A stretch of DNA of 60,691 nucleotides, counting the filler, from Chloroflexota bacterium (GTDB taxonomy: Bacteria > Chloroflexota > Chloroflexia > QHBQ01): NCBI GenBank assembly GCA_043754535.1. It is 2 parts of 2 records of this genome, joined end to end, with 100 filler letters (N's around TTAATTAATTAA, not from the genome) between each part and the next. Parts side by side here need not be neighbours in the genome. Positions count along the whole stretch, not along the records: positions 30,447 to 60,691 come from JAYUUN010000097.1; 1 more part is not named here. One strand, 5' to 3'. A program made the position numbers and the translations under genes. Positions 53,101 through 60,633 of this stretch are shown in pieces (the stretch's first letter is position 1; the number at the start of each line of letters is the position of its first letter). The notes below the pieces were generated by a model. It was given only the letters and a program-made list of their open reading frames with translations. It did no database searches and was not told the DNA's origin.

Positions 53101-54317
53101 CCGTTTTCGTAGACGAAGACCTCTTTCGAGCTACCACCGAGGTAGGTAGAGTAGAGCAACTGGGTGCCATCGGCAGAGAACTTGGCAGCGAAGGCATCAC
53201 TGCCGCCTGCTAGCGAACTCTGAACGGCGCAGTTGGTCGGTAGGTCAGTGGAGCTGGTGTAGCCGCTGATGTAGATGTTGCCTTGATTATCTACGGCAAT
53301 GTCATGGGCGTAATCATCCAAGCTACCACCAAAGTAGGTGGCGTAAACTACGTTGCCCGTACTACCATCTACCTTCAGCAAGTAGCCATCGTAGCTACCA
53401 GCCAAGTATCCTTGCCAGGGGCTGGAGCCTCTGGCAAAACCGACACTCGTCACTGCGCCTGCATAGTAGGCATTGCCTCGTGCATCTACGGCTACAGCGA
53501 AGCTAGCACTGTTGTTACCGCCAAAGTCAATATCGTATGTAACTGGGTCGATCACCAGGGCCAGGCTGCGGTCGTACTCGGCTAGCTGGAAGCCAACTTC
53601 GCCGTTTGCCCGCAGGGTGTAGCCACCCGCGATCTGCTTGCGTCCACCCGCCCCATCCTGGTAGACGTGCGGCACCGTCTGGCGCACCTCCCCCAGGCTG
53701 GTATGTAGCACCAGGTCGCCAGCCACCACCTCGGTGCTGTACGCCCCAGTTACGTTCAGGCGGATAGCGGCAGGATCGGCACCAGCAGCCACGATGAAGT
53801 CGTGTTCTAGCTTGCCGCTCTTGCCATAGTAGGCCAGGTTGATACCAGGGTAGACTGCCTGGTACTCGACGCGGGCATAGTTTGGCACGTCCGTGAACCA
53901 GCGATTGGGGTCAGCCCCCAGAAAGTAGTTGCTCTTGCCCGCTAGCTCCTCAGCCCCCTTGATCTGCGGGTTGGCGTTCGCACCCTTGAGTTGGTAGTGG
54001 AGTACTACTGGCTCAGTATTACCCTTGTCCCCCTTCGTGCCGCCCAGCACCATCACCTGCTCGTCGGCTTTGAGCAGCAAGCTGTAACCTGCGCCGTGTG
54101 CCAGGTAGCGCACGCTTGCGTCCGCCTGACCGACGTTCGGCTCGAAGCTAAGGGGCATCTCGCCCAGGCGGGCAAGGGCTTGTGCTTGCCCACTACTAGG
54201 TTCATTCTGTTTACCGGGTGTGCTGCGCTCTGGCGCGAGGGGGAACTGGCTGGCGAAGCTGCTCATCAGCAGGACGAGCAGCAGGAGAATGGTAAGTTTT
54301 CGGTTTAGCTTCTTCAT
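44130..54317 (-). CDS. 3395-aa secreted multidomain protein: SBBP propeller, S8 (KP-43-like) subtilase, carboxypeptidase-regulatory-like repeats, GHSxG alpha/beta-hydrolase, beta-sandwich modules, SLH repeats
   Basis: Signal peptide; FEPNVGQ N-domain; YSTYLGGS / GIAVDSQGNAY repeats; S8 triad TDTG, HGTHVAG, GTSMAAP; three GxVxDAxT...PL units; IIGHSKGG...LGSPNLGS; Thr/Pro linkers; C-terminal FSDV...GMVNG...TRGQFAK SLH. Confidence 0.92.
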   Translation of the reverse strand: MKKLNRKLTILLLLVLLMSSFASQFPLAPERSTPGKQNEPSSGQAQALARLGEMPLSFEPNVGQADASVRYLAHGAGYSLLLKADEQVMVLGGTKGDKGNTEPVVLHYQLKGANANPQIKGAEELAGKSNYFLGADPNRWFTDVPNYARVEYQAVYPGINLAYYGKSGKLEHDFIVAAGADPAAIRLNVTGAYSTEVVAGDLVLHTSLGEVRQTVPHVYQDGAGGRKQIAGGYTLRANGEVGFQLAEYDRSLALVIDPVTYDIDFGGNNSASFAVAVDARGNAYYAGAVTSVGFARGSSPWQGYLAGSYDGYLLKVDGSTGNVVYATYFGGSLDDYAHDIAVDNQGNIYISGYTSSTDLPTNCAVQSSLAGGSDAFAAKFSADGTQLLYSTYLGGSSKEVFVYENGGGGIAVDSQGNAYITGETQSADFPITPGAFQATKQGPNDAYLVKLAANGSSLLYSTFLGGIGVDGGYAVATDAQGNAYVVGRTRSADFPTTAGAFQAANGGSYDGFITKINPTGSGLVYSTYLGGSGAEVVNAVVVGSDGSAYVTGGTNSTNFPLQAPLQAASGGGDEVFVSHLNPQGTGLLYSTYIGGSNSSNDNLYYESGMGIALDQAGNAYVAGYSWSRSYPMYRAIQNTLSGPYDNAVVSVLNPSGSAFLYSTYVGESHGSHGTGLAVDSTGAVFLAGSGDGSPVALGPGQTEAPQQPDKIKGNGHGWKLPPPPPGSPTPTCEPNVVSNKPLAAIPTPVVRSVPPANKAAVDNLPAPAAQAAQPASNAGTQPAANAAEQPAVQLANPAAEARPVKQRTLIRFDFATFDPLKGEPTIPTSLQAKDASLAADAPRYYIVQFKGPVYANQKAQLAKISPLLEYVADDAFIVRLTAAQQQTVSQLPFIRWVGRYQPAYKLATPLTQEVQTAGPISPQRLVVRTFTTAGADAVALLLGNQVSERINSNAGPLLLLTANKEQTIALAQLEDVLRIEPYYEPQLANREARQITHVNEVWQDPGLQGQGQIVAVTDTGLDTGVQGAIHPDFAGRIAATFALGRPATGDWSDPNGHGTHVAGTVLGSGAQSGGPGPNSYAGVAPQARLVVQSVQAANGSLAGIPADLVGGLFGPAFAAGARVHNDSWGTRNSAGSYLDNARQVDDYLWSNRASGEQMVVVFASGNDAADGNGDGVVDPGSVSAPSTAKDDITVGASENNHPANQGWGGYANLTWSQRVANRYPSNPVRDDYIADKPDGMAAFSGRGPTNGGHIEPSIVAPGTNIISTQSQRNNAGVGEGLLANNPFYSYNSGTSMAAPHVSGVAALVRENFARNLGTANPSAALVKATLLNSADEMYPGQYGQGATQEIAERRPNNVEGWGRVNAQLAIKPDPALYKFKFDDSQSLLAGDVRQYTYNVVTTSVPLHITIAWSDAPNAFLVNDLDLVVTAPNGTLYGGNHNNLGDGANTVETVDVISPTEGVYLVTVYATNIPQGPQPYALAVLGGLGSTIKGKVADADTHGPLQGVEVKAEGPASYVTNTLASGLYTITNVVSGTYSVKAHLDLYQPLTKTATLTEASLRIVNFALKPTIISGTITDAETGEPLKGVSIRASGPTNRTGMSNDQGFYSVTKLLTGNYQVVASKNGYQPLTKTVTLPEEGWATLNFALQPSALSGTVRDALTRAPLENVSIRANGPASLGALTNASGVYSITRILFGTYTVAARLTGYVPLTKTVTIPASGLAQLDFDLTPLPTPTRPPCPTATPGSTGTPTPVPCDIEGASRIQATLPATEKIDDLFRIRVPAADGTEDLSGDVDITRYYGPIDGAGHPAPGDRLRTIAEYARLTIRAYNVLPEDPIQVSFAGRQFQLDTAPNAWSTTSYNVPTNLLFLPDKGSFSSEPAAAHNPITIRHTRSKHCSRVDQVLLKVQGMRPLILQAGFKFWPIGSNDTNTNGYFGWPVHPAYQAMMFNAPRNGHQAYEFNGAVLWGFVQNIKTMYGSPAVNIIGHSKGGIDGRVAATLATGGGVDNLIMLGSPNLGSYLADTASGAALICLVPVAAATRPCQLISQNYRRMMPAISQLTTAYMLIHNAIYPQNLKTNYYALPGESYDCRCDGVVSSDSVYAVDYAVRLEPVATTGGLDLFIHSREPSQAEFWNAMEPYANLENSHFLQGNASVEVPQQQAVKQTRRQLPNKVLTDSNQLPIGYPAIVDEVSAGSVSSHTVQVDQAESVSFQLGWVNETATLSLSLVDPARHVVRLNSQANGQSITLNNPLTGTWQVVVRAITTTAQPEPYYVSGQFGGGVQIRPSLSANNDPGQPLTLTARLEDRNPLPGANLTATIAVITGGELNQSYSQTLVLAPVSPGIYQATYVPTITGTYMIYIEARGQNSQGQPFARTSLTTAELSNAAHLTGSYADEGHRSGSSYDYLVVTATAQITESGQYNLAANLTTTDGRRLGAAQQSYTLSPGSVPLTLTFDGRLIGQAAANGPYQVRDLVFTKVDNTSLILDNIALAYNTAAYSRSNWPRPNIIQTGPATEQAVDSDGNGLYNNLDVRLSLDLLQAGSYAVAATLVTTDGTTVAQLNRSGQALVAGSNQLLLRFDGGEIHDSGLDGPYSVSSVMLWPVNDPAAVSDLGQVVDATAAYRASQFEASATPTATATSTAVIIGTATATSTATAFGTSTITPTPRSGCLPQGPRPTNTPSSTPTNTPTPTNTPSPTPFVSPCGRRIAGYSCADDVAYGIITGTTQVTGFSGADDGLASLDLPFDFVYFSTTYTTGTTIRVSTNGNLQFTGSSTSYSPVAIPNPYEPNNAIYPFWSDLIIGGGVYTATLGTAPNRRFVVEWRNAFVYGGGGSATFEIVLEEGSNKIYTNYGALAVASSGRSFTFGIENQDGSQALQYGYLLGVGAATLSNRSIVYIPDDSSGGSATATPTSTPTATATSTPTNTASNTAIPTATATTSVPCSNILQNGGFESGDLMSWFAVPNPPADVSLIGGYNSTYAARLTSTNGNATNLRQNFIVPATTPTWSLDFRVNSIGGDVAALYIWLMDASTNEPLVPLYTGAANQFTGWTHLSADLSSYAGRNVYILFNLRNGNSTPITLDVDNVAVAPGGCGSNTATPSPVAVVQQAISPILECVVANSGGSYTARFGYYNRNSYTVVVPATTTNYFSPAPRDRGQPTAFLPGRQVAAFSTNFDGSNLVWQLQGRTATASSNSRRCATIVSFSDVPANDPFAPDINYLAAAGMVNGIPNVAGGYRFEPSSLLTRGQFAKLVMIGFGLADYSPSQPTFSDVNPSDVFYPAIEAAYHAGILNGYASDGSSQRQFRPAQSVNRLEAVLTLVRLHDWQPLATTSSSFHDLPAGSYGFAEIETAAQHGIISGYRKASQCAGDAPCFRPSALIRRGEMAKVLHRAMGGLALP

Positions 54318-54379
54318 TTCTTCACTCCCTTGTCTAACCTGGGCTGGGCGACTGCGAACCAGCCGCCCACTGTCCGCTG

Positions 54380-57300
54380 CTAGTGACCGCCCTTGCTCTG
54401 TAGCGTAGCGGCGGTGTAGTGCTTGTACAAAGTCAGGTTATGCGCGACGGGGTAAGTCTCGTGGCTGTCGCCCACCGCCCAGACCTCGCCTTCGCTGCTG
54501 TTCACACCGACGGAGTAGAGGGTTTGCTGGAAGCCGGGGCGCGGCGCATCCACCTGTCTCCAGGTCACGCCATCCCAGTGCAGGGTGAGCGCAGCAGGGT
54601 ACTGGCCGCTGGTGTCTTCACCAACCGCCCACACATCGCGGCTATCTAGCGCAGCAACGCTGTAGAGGTTGCCCACCAGCGAGGTGGAGTAGGGAGTGCG
54701 CGTCCAGTTGCTGCCATCCCAGTGCAGCATCAGCACGCCGTTGCTATCTGCGCCGACAGCCCAGGCATCGTTCGGCGCAATCGCCGTCACCGCGTAGAGG
54801 GTCTGGGTCAGGCTGCTGGTCAGGTTTAGGCTGATGTTGGCCCAGCCGCTGCCGTCGTTGTGCAAGAGCAAGGCAGTAGTGTTGGGGTCGGAGCCGCTGC
54901 TACCCACCGCCCAGACATCGGTGATTGTGCTGGCGGCTACGGCATAGAGCTTCTGCTCGCCAGCGTAACCGGGGGCGGTCACAGTATTCCACCCACTGCC
55001 GTCCCAACGCATAGTTAGTGGCTGATCGGGTGATTGCTCGTTGGGTCGGGCATAGCCAACGGCCCAAATCTGGTTGCTATCAGGGACGGCGGTTAGTCCC
55101 TCAAGGGTGTTAAAGTGCGGGTTAGCGTCGGGGGCAGGCACTTTAGTCCAGCCCGTGCCGTCATAGTGCATGGTCAGGGTGCGCTGCACCTCCTGGTCGT
55201 TGGCGAAGTAGTGGCACTGGCCGACCGCCCACACATCGCTGCTGCTGACTGCTGCAACCGCGTTGAACGACTTGCCCACATCTCCACGCTCATCGTCCAC
55301 CCGCCTACCACTAGCTAGCTTCGCAGCCACTAGCGGCTGCGTGACGCAGGCAGGTTGGTCGGCGACAGCCCAGGCAGTGCCGTTCCAGTGCAGAAGCTGA
55401 GGGGTCAGTTCGCTGAAGTCGAAGGTCTCCTTACTGCCAACCGCCCAGGCATCGTTGCTAGTAATCGGGGCGACCCCGCGCAAGATATTGGTCTCCTCAG
55501 TCTCTGGCGTGCTGCCCTGCTGCCAACAACTGGCGGGGGCGGTGGGTCGCTGCAAAGCCGTGTTTGCTGCATCTGTGCAGCCGAGGCCACCCAGTACAGC
55601 CAGGGCGAACGGTTGCTTACCACCAACCGCTACGTTCCTGGCGCGGACAATGACTTTGTACTCACCAACAGGAGGGTTACTGATGTCTACAGTCTCTACG
55701 TTGTTAAGCGTGTCACCGTCTTGCACTCGATTACCCCAGTAGATCGCACCATCTGGACCCTCTACCTTCAAGTCCAAGTTGTTTACTAGCTCCCCGCTGG
55801 TGTTGGCTGGGCTAGGTGCATCCGTCCAGGCGACAGTGATGTGGAGCGGTACTGTACCATCCGACACAGCGTACTTGAAAGCACGATTCTTCCCAGTTCG
55901 CAGACCGGCCTGATCCTTAATGTCCTTGAAGCTAAACACCTGCGGGGCATCAGGGTCAACTGCTTGCTTAACGTTGAGGCGGCCCCACCCTTCTACGTTG
56001 TTCGGACGGGGGCTGGTGATCTCGTTATACTGACCAGGGTAGATGTCAATGGCACTGTTCAAGAGGGTAGCCTTGACCAGGGCGGCTGAGGGGTTCGGCC
56101 AGTTCAGGTCGTGGATGAGGTGTTGGCGAACCAGGGCGGCGGCACCAGAAACCTGAGGAGCAGCGTGGCTGGTGCCACTCTGGAAAACGTAGAGGTCTTC
56201 ATGCCCAGGCACAGGGAAGCCCCAGTTGCTCGCTAGGAAGTGGCGTGAGCGCGTCGAGATGATCTCCGTCCCAGGGGCGACAATGCTGGGCTCGATCCTT
56301 TCGCCTGCTCGACCACGGTTGCTGAAAGGGGCCATGCCGCTAATATTATTTGCTGGGTAGTCGCTACCAATGGGATCATTGTAGGAGACCGGAGGTATCT
56401 TGGTTTGGCCCCACTCGTTCCAGGTTCTGTCGCTGTAACCGCCCTCGTGGTTCTCCGGTGGGCGCAGGTTCTCGCTCGCACCAACAGTGATGTCGTTCTT
56501 AGCCGATGAGGGGGCGGTTACACCTTTGGCTTGGATCACGCCAGTGTGGTACCCGTTCGCATCAACATCGCTGCCGTCATTGCCAGCCCCAAAGACGATC
56601 ACCATCTCACCGTCTGCGTTGCTGTTCGCCTTCTCCCAGAGAAAATCATCCACTCCACGTGATGAACCTGTATACCCATAGATGGGATTGCCATATTGAT
56701 CTACGCTACCGTAGCTGTCGTTGTGTACACGCGCCCGCTCTTCTGCATTGTAAGGGTCGTAAGCTTGGTCAAAGAGGTTGCGGATGTCGGCTGGCACGTT
56801 CCAACTACTATTGTTGACCCACAACGATTGCACAACAAGTTTAGCGTGCGGAGCCACACCAGCCCACTTGTTACCGTCGGCACCACTGCCATCACCCAGG
56901 ATAGTACCAGCCACATGAGTACCATGACCCTCCGGATCGTCCCAGTAGCCCGCACGACCCAAAGGGTAGCCGTGTAGCACGCGACCACGGAAGTCGGGGT
57001 GTATGGCATTACCTAGCACCCCCAAATCCAAGCCGCTGTCAGCCATTGCTACTATCTCACCATCACCTTTGAGGTTGAGATTCTGCCGGATCAGGTTTAC
57101 CCCAGTAATGGCCCTGGCACGGTCGTTAAGGCCACGCATCTGGTTGTAAGGTTCGATCCAGCTAACGCCCTCTACCCCAATGATCGCCAGGGTCTGTGTG
57201 GTGTTCGCCTGTATGGTCAGGATGTGATCATTTGTACGGTCACTGCGCTGGATCAAACTGTTGGCGACAATAGCAGCTACACCGTCGGCTGCCTTCTGCT

Positions 57301-57865
57301 CATATGTGTGGACTACCAGCTTTTGTGTCTCTGCCTGCTGCACGTCAGGGCGAATAAGCGGAGTAGCCAGTTTGTACGCAGGTTGGTAGTAGCCAACCCA
57401 GCGCACGAAGGGGAGGCTGCTCACTACCTGCCTGCTCTGCTCGTCGAGGTGGACAATGAAGGCGTAGTCGGGGATGTAATCAAAGATCACTCCGCCAGCT
57501 TGCTGGATTTGCGCCTTCTGAGACTCGTACACCGGCCCGCTAAGCTGGACGATGTAGTAGCGGTAGCCTGCTCCCGCCTGGCTGCTAGCCCGCAGGTTGG
57601 TGGGGATGTTTGGCTCACCCTTGAGCGGGTCGAAGGTGGCGTACTGTAGGCGGATGAAGCTGGGGCCGCTGCCGTTCGTCTCATCGCTGGCAGTGAGGTT
57701 AGCCACAGGTGGTTTCATGCTGTGGGCTTCAGCCACAAGCTGGTGCTGGGGTGAGGGTGCCGCCAGCGATGATGGTAGACTGCCCAGTAGGATGGTTGCT
57801 GTAACTGCCAGCATGGTGAGGGCGTAACGCAATTGCCACACCCACCTTGATTTAAGATACTTCAT
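54380..57865 (-). CDS. Secreted S8 (KP-43-like) subtilase with C-terminal beta-propeller
   Basis: Prodomain TFDPLKGEP / YYIVQ shared with the giant paralog; triad ADSG, HGTHVAG, GTSHAAP; repeats DVWAVG...LHWDGxxW. Start reassigned to ATG 57865 after AGGAGG. Confidence 0.92.
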   Translation of the reverse strand: MKYLKSRWVWQLRYALTMLAVTATILLGSLPSSLAAPSPQHQLVAEAHSMKPPVANLTASDETNGSGPSFIRLQYATFDPLKGEPNIPTNLRASSQAGAGYRYYIVQLSGPVYESQKAQIQQAGGVIFDYIPDYAFIVHLDEQSRQVVSSLPFVRWVGYYQPAYKLATPLIRPDVQQAETQKLVVHTYEQKAADGVAAIVANSLIQRSDRTNDHILTIQANTTQTLAIIGVEGVSWIEPYNQMRGLNDRARAITGVNLIRQNLNLKGDGEIVAMADSGLDLGVLGNAIHPDFRGRVLHGYPLGRAGYWDDPEGHGTHVAGTILGDGSGADGNKWAGVAPHAKLVVQSLWVNNSSWNVPADIRNLFDQAYDPYNAEERARVHNDSYGSVDQYGNPIYGYTGSSRGVDDFLWEKANSNADGEMVIVFGAGNDGSDVDANGYHTGVIQAKGVTAPSSAKNDITVGASENLRPPENHEGGYSDRTWNEWGQTKIPPVSYNDPIGSDYPANNISGMAPFSNRGRAGERIEPSIVAPGTEIISTRSRHFLASNWGFPVPGHEDLYVFQSGTSHAAPQVSGAAALVRQHLIHDLNWPNPSAALVKATLLNSAIDIYPGQYNEITSPRPNNVEGWGRLNVKQAVDPDAPQVFSFKDIKDQAGLRTGKNRAFKYAVSDGTVPLHITVAWTDAPSPANTSGELVNNLDLKVEGPDGAIYWGNRVQDGDTLNNVETVDISNPPVGEYKVIVRARNVAVGGKQPFALAVLGGLGCTDAANTALQRPTAPASCWQQGSTPETEETNILRGVAPITSNDAWAVGSKETFDFSELTPQLLHWNGTAWAVADQPACVTQPLVAAKLASGRRVDDERGDVGKSFNAVAAVSSSDVWAVGQCHYFANDQEVQRTLTMHYDGTGWTKVPAPDANPHFNTLEGLTAVPDSNQIWAVGYARPNEQSPDQPLTMRWDGSGWNTVTAPGYAGEQKLYAVAASTITDVWAVGSSGSDPNTTALLLHNDGSGWANISLNLTSSLTQTLYAVTAIAPNDAWAVGADSNGVLMLHWDGSNWTRTPYSTSLVGNLYSVAALDSRDVWAVGEDTSGQYPAALTLHWDGVTWRQVDAPRPGFQQTLYSVGVNSSEGEVWAVGDSHETYPVAHNLTLYKHYTAATLQSKGGH

Positions 57866-57975
57866 CACCCGCCTCCTTCTTGCTTGTCCGCTGCAAAGGG
57901 CCACGTTGCCGAGTCCCAGGCTAACCCTGATCCTGCCCATTGTACAGCCACTCTGTTGCATCTCATTGGGGTTTG

Positions 57976-58013
57976 TTGTCCATTTTGTTGGCCTTCATTG
58001 GCCTCCTTTGGTC
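57976..58013. repeat. Phased hexamer repeats (TTGGCC-like) in a divergent promoter region
   Basis: TTGTCC 57976, TTGGCC 57988, TTGGCC 57998 and TTGGTC 58008. Confidence 0.5.
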
Positions 58014-58134
58014 AGTTTGTTGCATTTGGCAATTGCGTATCAGATGTAAAGGTTATATAATCGTCAGCAGGAGGTCACACGGCTCACTTATTGGCGACAA
58101 TTGTACCTTGCTCAGCGGTGGAGGGAGACAAGCA

Positions 58135-60633
58135 GTGGAGAACTCGCAAATCTTTCGGGAACGGGTGCAAGAACTCTATCGGCGGGCGCAGCCCTACAAA
58201 GTAGGCAAGCGGCCAACCCAGCGCGACCTGGCGGAGGCGATTGGCCTCAGTCAGTTCGAATTGAGCAACCGATTGAACGGCACAAAGGGTAAAAGCCTGA
58301 GCGAGCGCGACATTCGCTCGATTGTCAGGACGCTAGTAGAGTGGGATACGATCCAGAGCCAAGCCGAGGCTCTGGAGCTACTCGCCCTGTTGGCCTGTAC
58401 TCCCTTCACTCCTGCCGAGTGGCAGGCTCCGCCGCTCGACCTGCTCAAGCCACTACCGGGCGGGGTGCCTCTAGCCACCAACCTGTCGATCCACGCGCGA
58501 CCGCATGGGCGGCCCAGGCCCAATTTGCCGAAGCAGCAAAGTAGTTTTATTGGACGGAGCCAGGAGTTGACTACCCTCAGCCAACTACTTGCTGACAATC
58601 GGTTGCTCACCATAACAGGTGCCGGAGGGGTAGGCAAGTCCAGGCTAGCTCTGGCACTGGCTGAACAAGTGCAAGCCCAGTTTAGCGGTGGTGTACTCCT
58701 GGTTGAGCTTGCCAGCTTGAGTGAGCCGGGCCTGGTGTGGCAGGCAGTAGCCGTCACGCTGGGGGTGAGAGAGCAGACCGGCCAGGAGCTTGCTGACTCC
58801 GTGCTGAACCACTTGCAGGACCAGGAACTCTTGCTTGTGCTTGACAACTGCGAACATTTGATTGGTGCTGTAGCACAATTGTGTAACAAACTGCTGCGTG
58901 GCTGTCCCTCTCTCAAAGTGCTAGCAACCAGCCGTGAGCCGCTTGATACCGGCGGAGAGATGATCTGGGCGTTGGCTCCCTTGCTCACGCCACGGCTTAC
59001 GGGCGGAGCAGCCGATGTGGGCGAGCTAAGTCAGTACCATGCCGTACAACTGTTTGTTGAACGCTCCCAGCAGGTACTGCCAACCTTCGGGCTAACTGAG
59101 GACAACGCTGATACGGTGAGAACCATCTGCTACCGCTTGGATGGCATCCCGCTGGCGATTGAACTTGCAGCCGCCCTAACTGCGGCTCTTGGCGTTGCCG
59201 AAATCAACAGGCGGTTGGACGAGCGATTTGCGCTGCTAAGTGGCGGGCGCAGGGGCGCGAACCCTCAGCAGCAAACCTTGCGCGCCTCAATGTCCTGGAG
59301 CTACAATCTGCTGAGCGAAGCGGAGCGCACCCTTTTGTGTCGCCTCTCCGTCTTTGTAGGCCGCTGGGGACTGGCAGCCTGCGAGCAGGTTTGTGCTGGC
59401 GGCAGCCTGCTGCGAGGCGAAGTGATCCACAACCTTGTGCAGTTGGTCAACAAGTCGCTAGTGATGGTCGAGATGCAGAACGGGGAGAATTGGTATCGCT
59501 TGTTGGAAACCGTGCGCCACTATGCCCAGGAGGAGCTGGTAGCGAGGGGGGAGCAGCATGAGTGGCAGCGAAGCTACGCCCTCTACTACCTGAACCTGGC
59601 CGAGACAGCCGACCCATTGCTACGGGGCGCACAGCAAACAACCTGGGTGCAGCAGCTTGAGGATAGTTACGACAACCTGAGGGCCGTGTTGCAATGGTCG
59701 TTGCAGCACGAGCAAGGTCATGCGATCAGGTTGGGCAGCGCACTTTGTCGCTTCTGGTATATGCACAGCCACTTTAGCGAGGGGCGGGCCTGGATTGACG
59801 CTATCCTGAACCTCCCGGTGGCTGGTCAAGTAGTGCAGCAGGTGCGCCTGCTCAGTGGTGCAGGCACTCTGGCCTGGTGTCAGGGTGAGATCGCAAATGC
59901 CCGCCATTACTACGAACAGTGCCTTAGCCTCAGCGAGGAGCTAGGCGACGTGGTTCTACTTGCCAACGCCCTCAACAACCTGGCCCTCGCTGTCGGTGAG
60001 GAGGATGCAGTTGGGGCGTGGCAGCTTCACCTCAGAAGCCTGAAGCTGCGTCGAGCGGCTGGGGATCGGGTCGGCATCGCCACCACCCTCAATAACCTTG
60101 CGCTGCTGACCACAGCGGCTGGTGACTATGCTGCCGCCCGCGAACTTCATCTGGAGGCATTGGCGATCAGCCGCGAACTGGGCGACTACACGACGGTGGC
60201 AGCCACCCTCAGCAACCTAGGTATGGTAGCTGCCGCGCAAGGTGATTATGCTACGGCTCGCGAACTTTACGAAGAAAGTTTGGAGATCAGCAGGGACGCT
60301 GGTCACAAGTTGAGCGAGGCCCACACGCTCGACAATCTGGCGAACGTTGCCAGCAGTGAAGGTTTGCTCCAACTTGCTCAACGGTACTGGACAGAGAGTT
60401 TGAGGCTGTTTCGCGAGGTGGGTGACAAGCTAGGTGTCATTCGCGCCCTCAACAACCAGGCAGACCTGCTCCATTCCCAGGCTAAGTACCAACAAGCTGG
60501 GGTCTGCTATCGGGAGAGTCTGGCAGCCAACCATGACCCTGTAGTAGTGAATGAGCAGGCACGCTCCCGCGCAGGACTGGCCGTGACTGCCCTTGCTCAA
60601 GGTGAGTACGCCCCTGCCCCCCACCCACCATAG
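58135..60633 (+). CDS. XRE-like HTH + STAND ATPase + TPR regulator (paralog of 33973-36720)
   Basis: TQRDLAEAIGLSQFELSNRLNG, GAGGVGKS, LVLDNCEH, LDGIPLAIELAAA and TPRs. Start reassigned to GTG 58135 (GGAGGGAG RBS), which matches the paralog N-terminus. Confidence 0.92.
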   Translation: MENSQIFRERVQELYRRAQPYKVGKRPTQRDLAEAIGLSQFELSNRLNGTKGKSLSERDIRSIVRTLVEWDTIQSQAEALELLALLACTPFTPAEWQAPPLDLLKPLPGGVPLATNLSIHARPHGRPRPNLPKQQSSFIGRSQELTTLSQLLADNRLLTITGAGGVGKSRLALALAEQVQAQFSGGVLLVELASLSEPGLVWQAVAVTLGVREQTGQELADSVLNHLQDQELLLVLDNCEHLIGAVAQLCNKLLRGCPSLKVLATSREPLDTGGEMIWALAPLLTPRLTGGAADVGELSQYHAVQLFVERSQQVLPTFGLTEDNADTVRTICYRLDGIPLAIELAAALTAALGVAEINRRLDERFALLSGGRRGANPQQQTLRASMSWSYNLLSEAERTLLCRLSVFVGRWGLAACEQVCAGGSLLRGEVIHNLVQLVNKSLVMVEMQNGENWYRLLETVRHYAQEELVARGEQHEWQRSYALYYLNLAETADPLLRGAQQTTWVQQLEDSYDNLRAVLQWSLQHEQGHAIRLGSALCRFWYMHSHFSEGRAWIDAILNLPVAGQVVQQVRLLSGAGTLAWCQGEIANARHYYEQCLSLSEELGDVVLLANALNNLALAVGEEDAVGAWQLHLRSLKLRRAAGDRVGIATTLNNLALLTTAAGDYAAARELHLEALAISRELGDYTTVAATLSNLGMVAAAQGDYATARELYEESLEISRDAGHKLSEAHTLDNLANVASSEGLLQLAQRYWTESLRLFREVGDKLGVIRALNNQADLLHSQAKYQQAGVCYRESLAANHDPVVVNEQARSRAGLAVTALAQGEYAPAPHPP

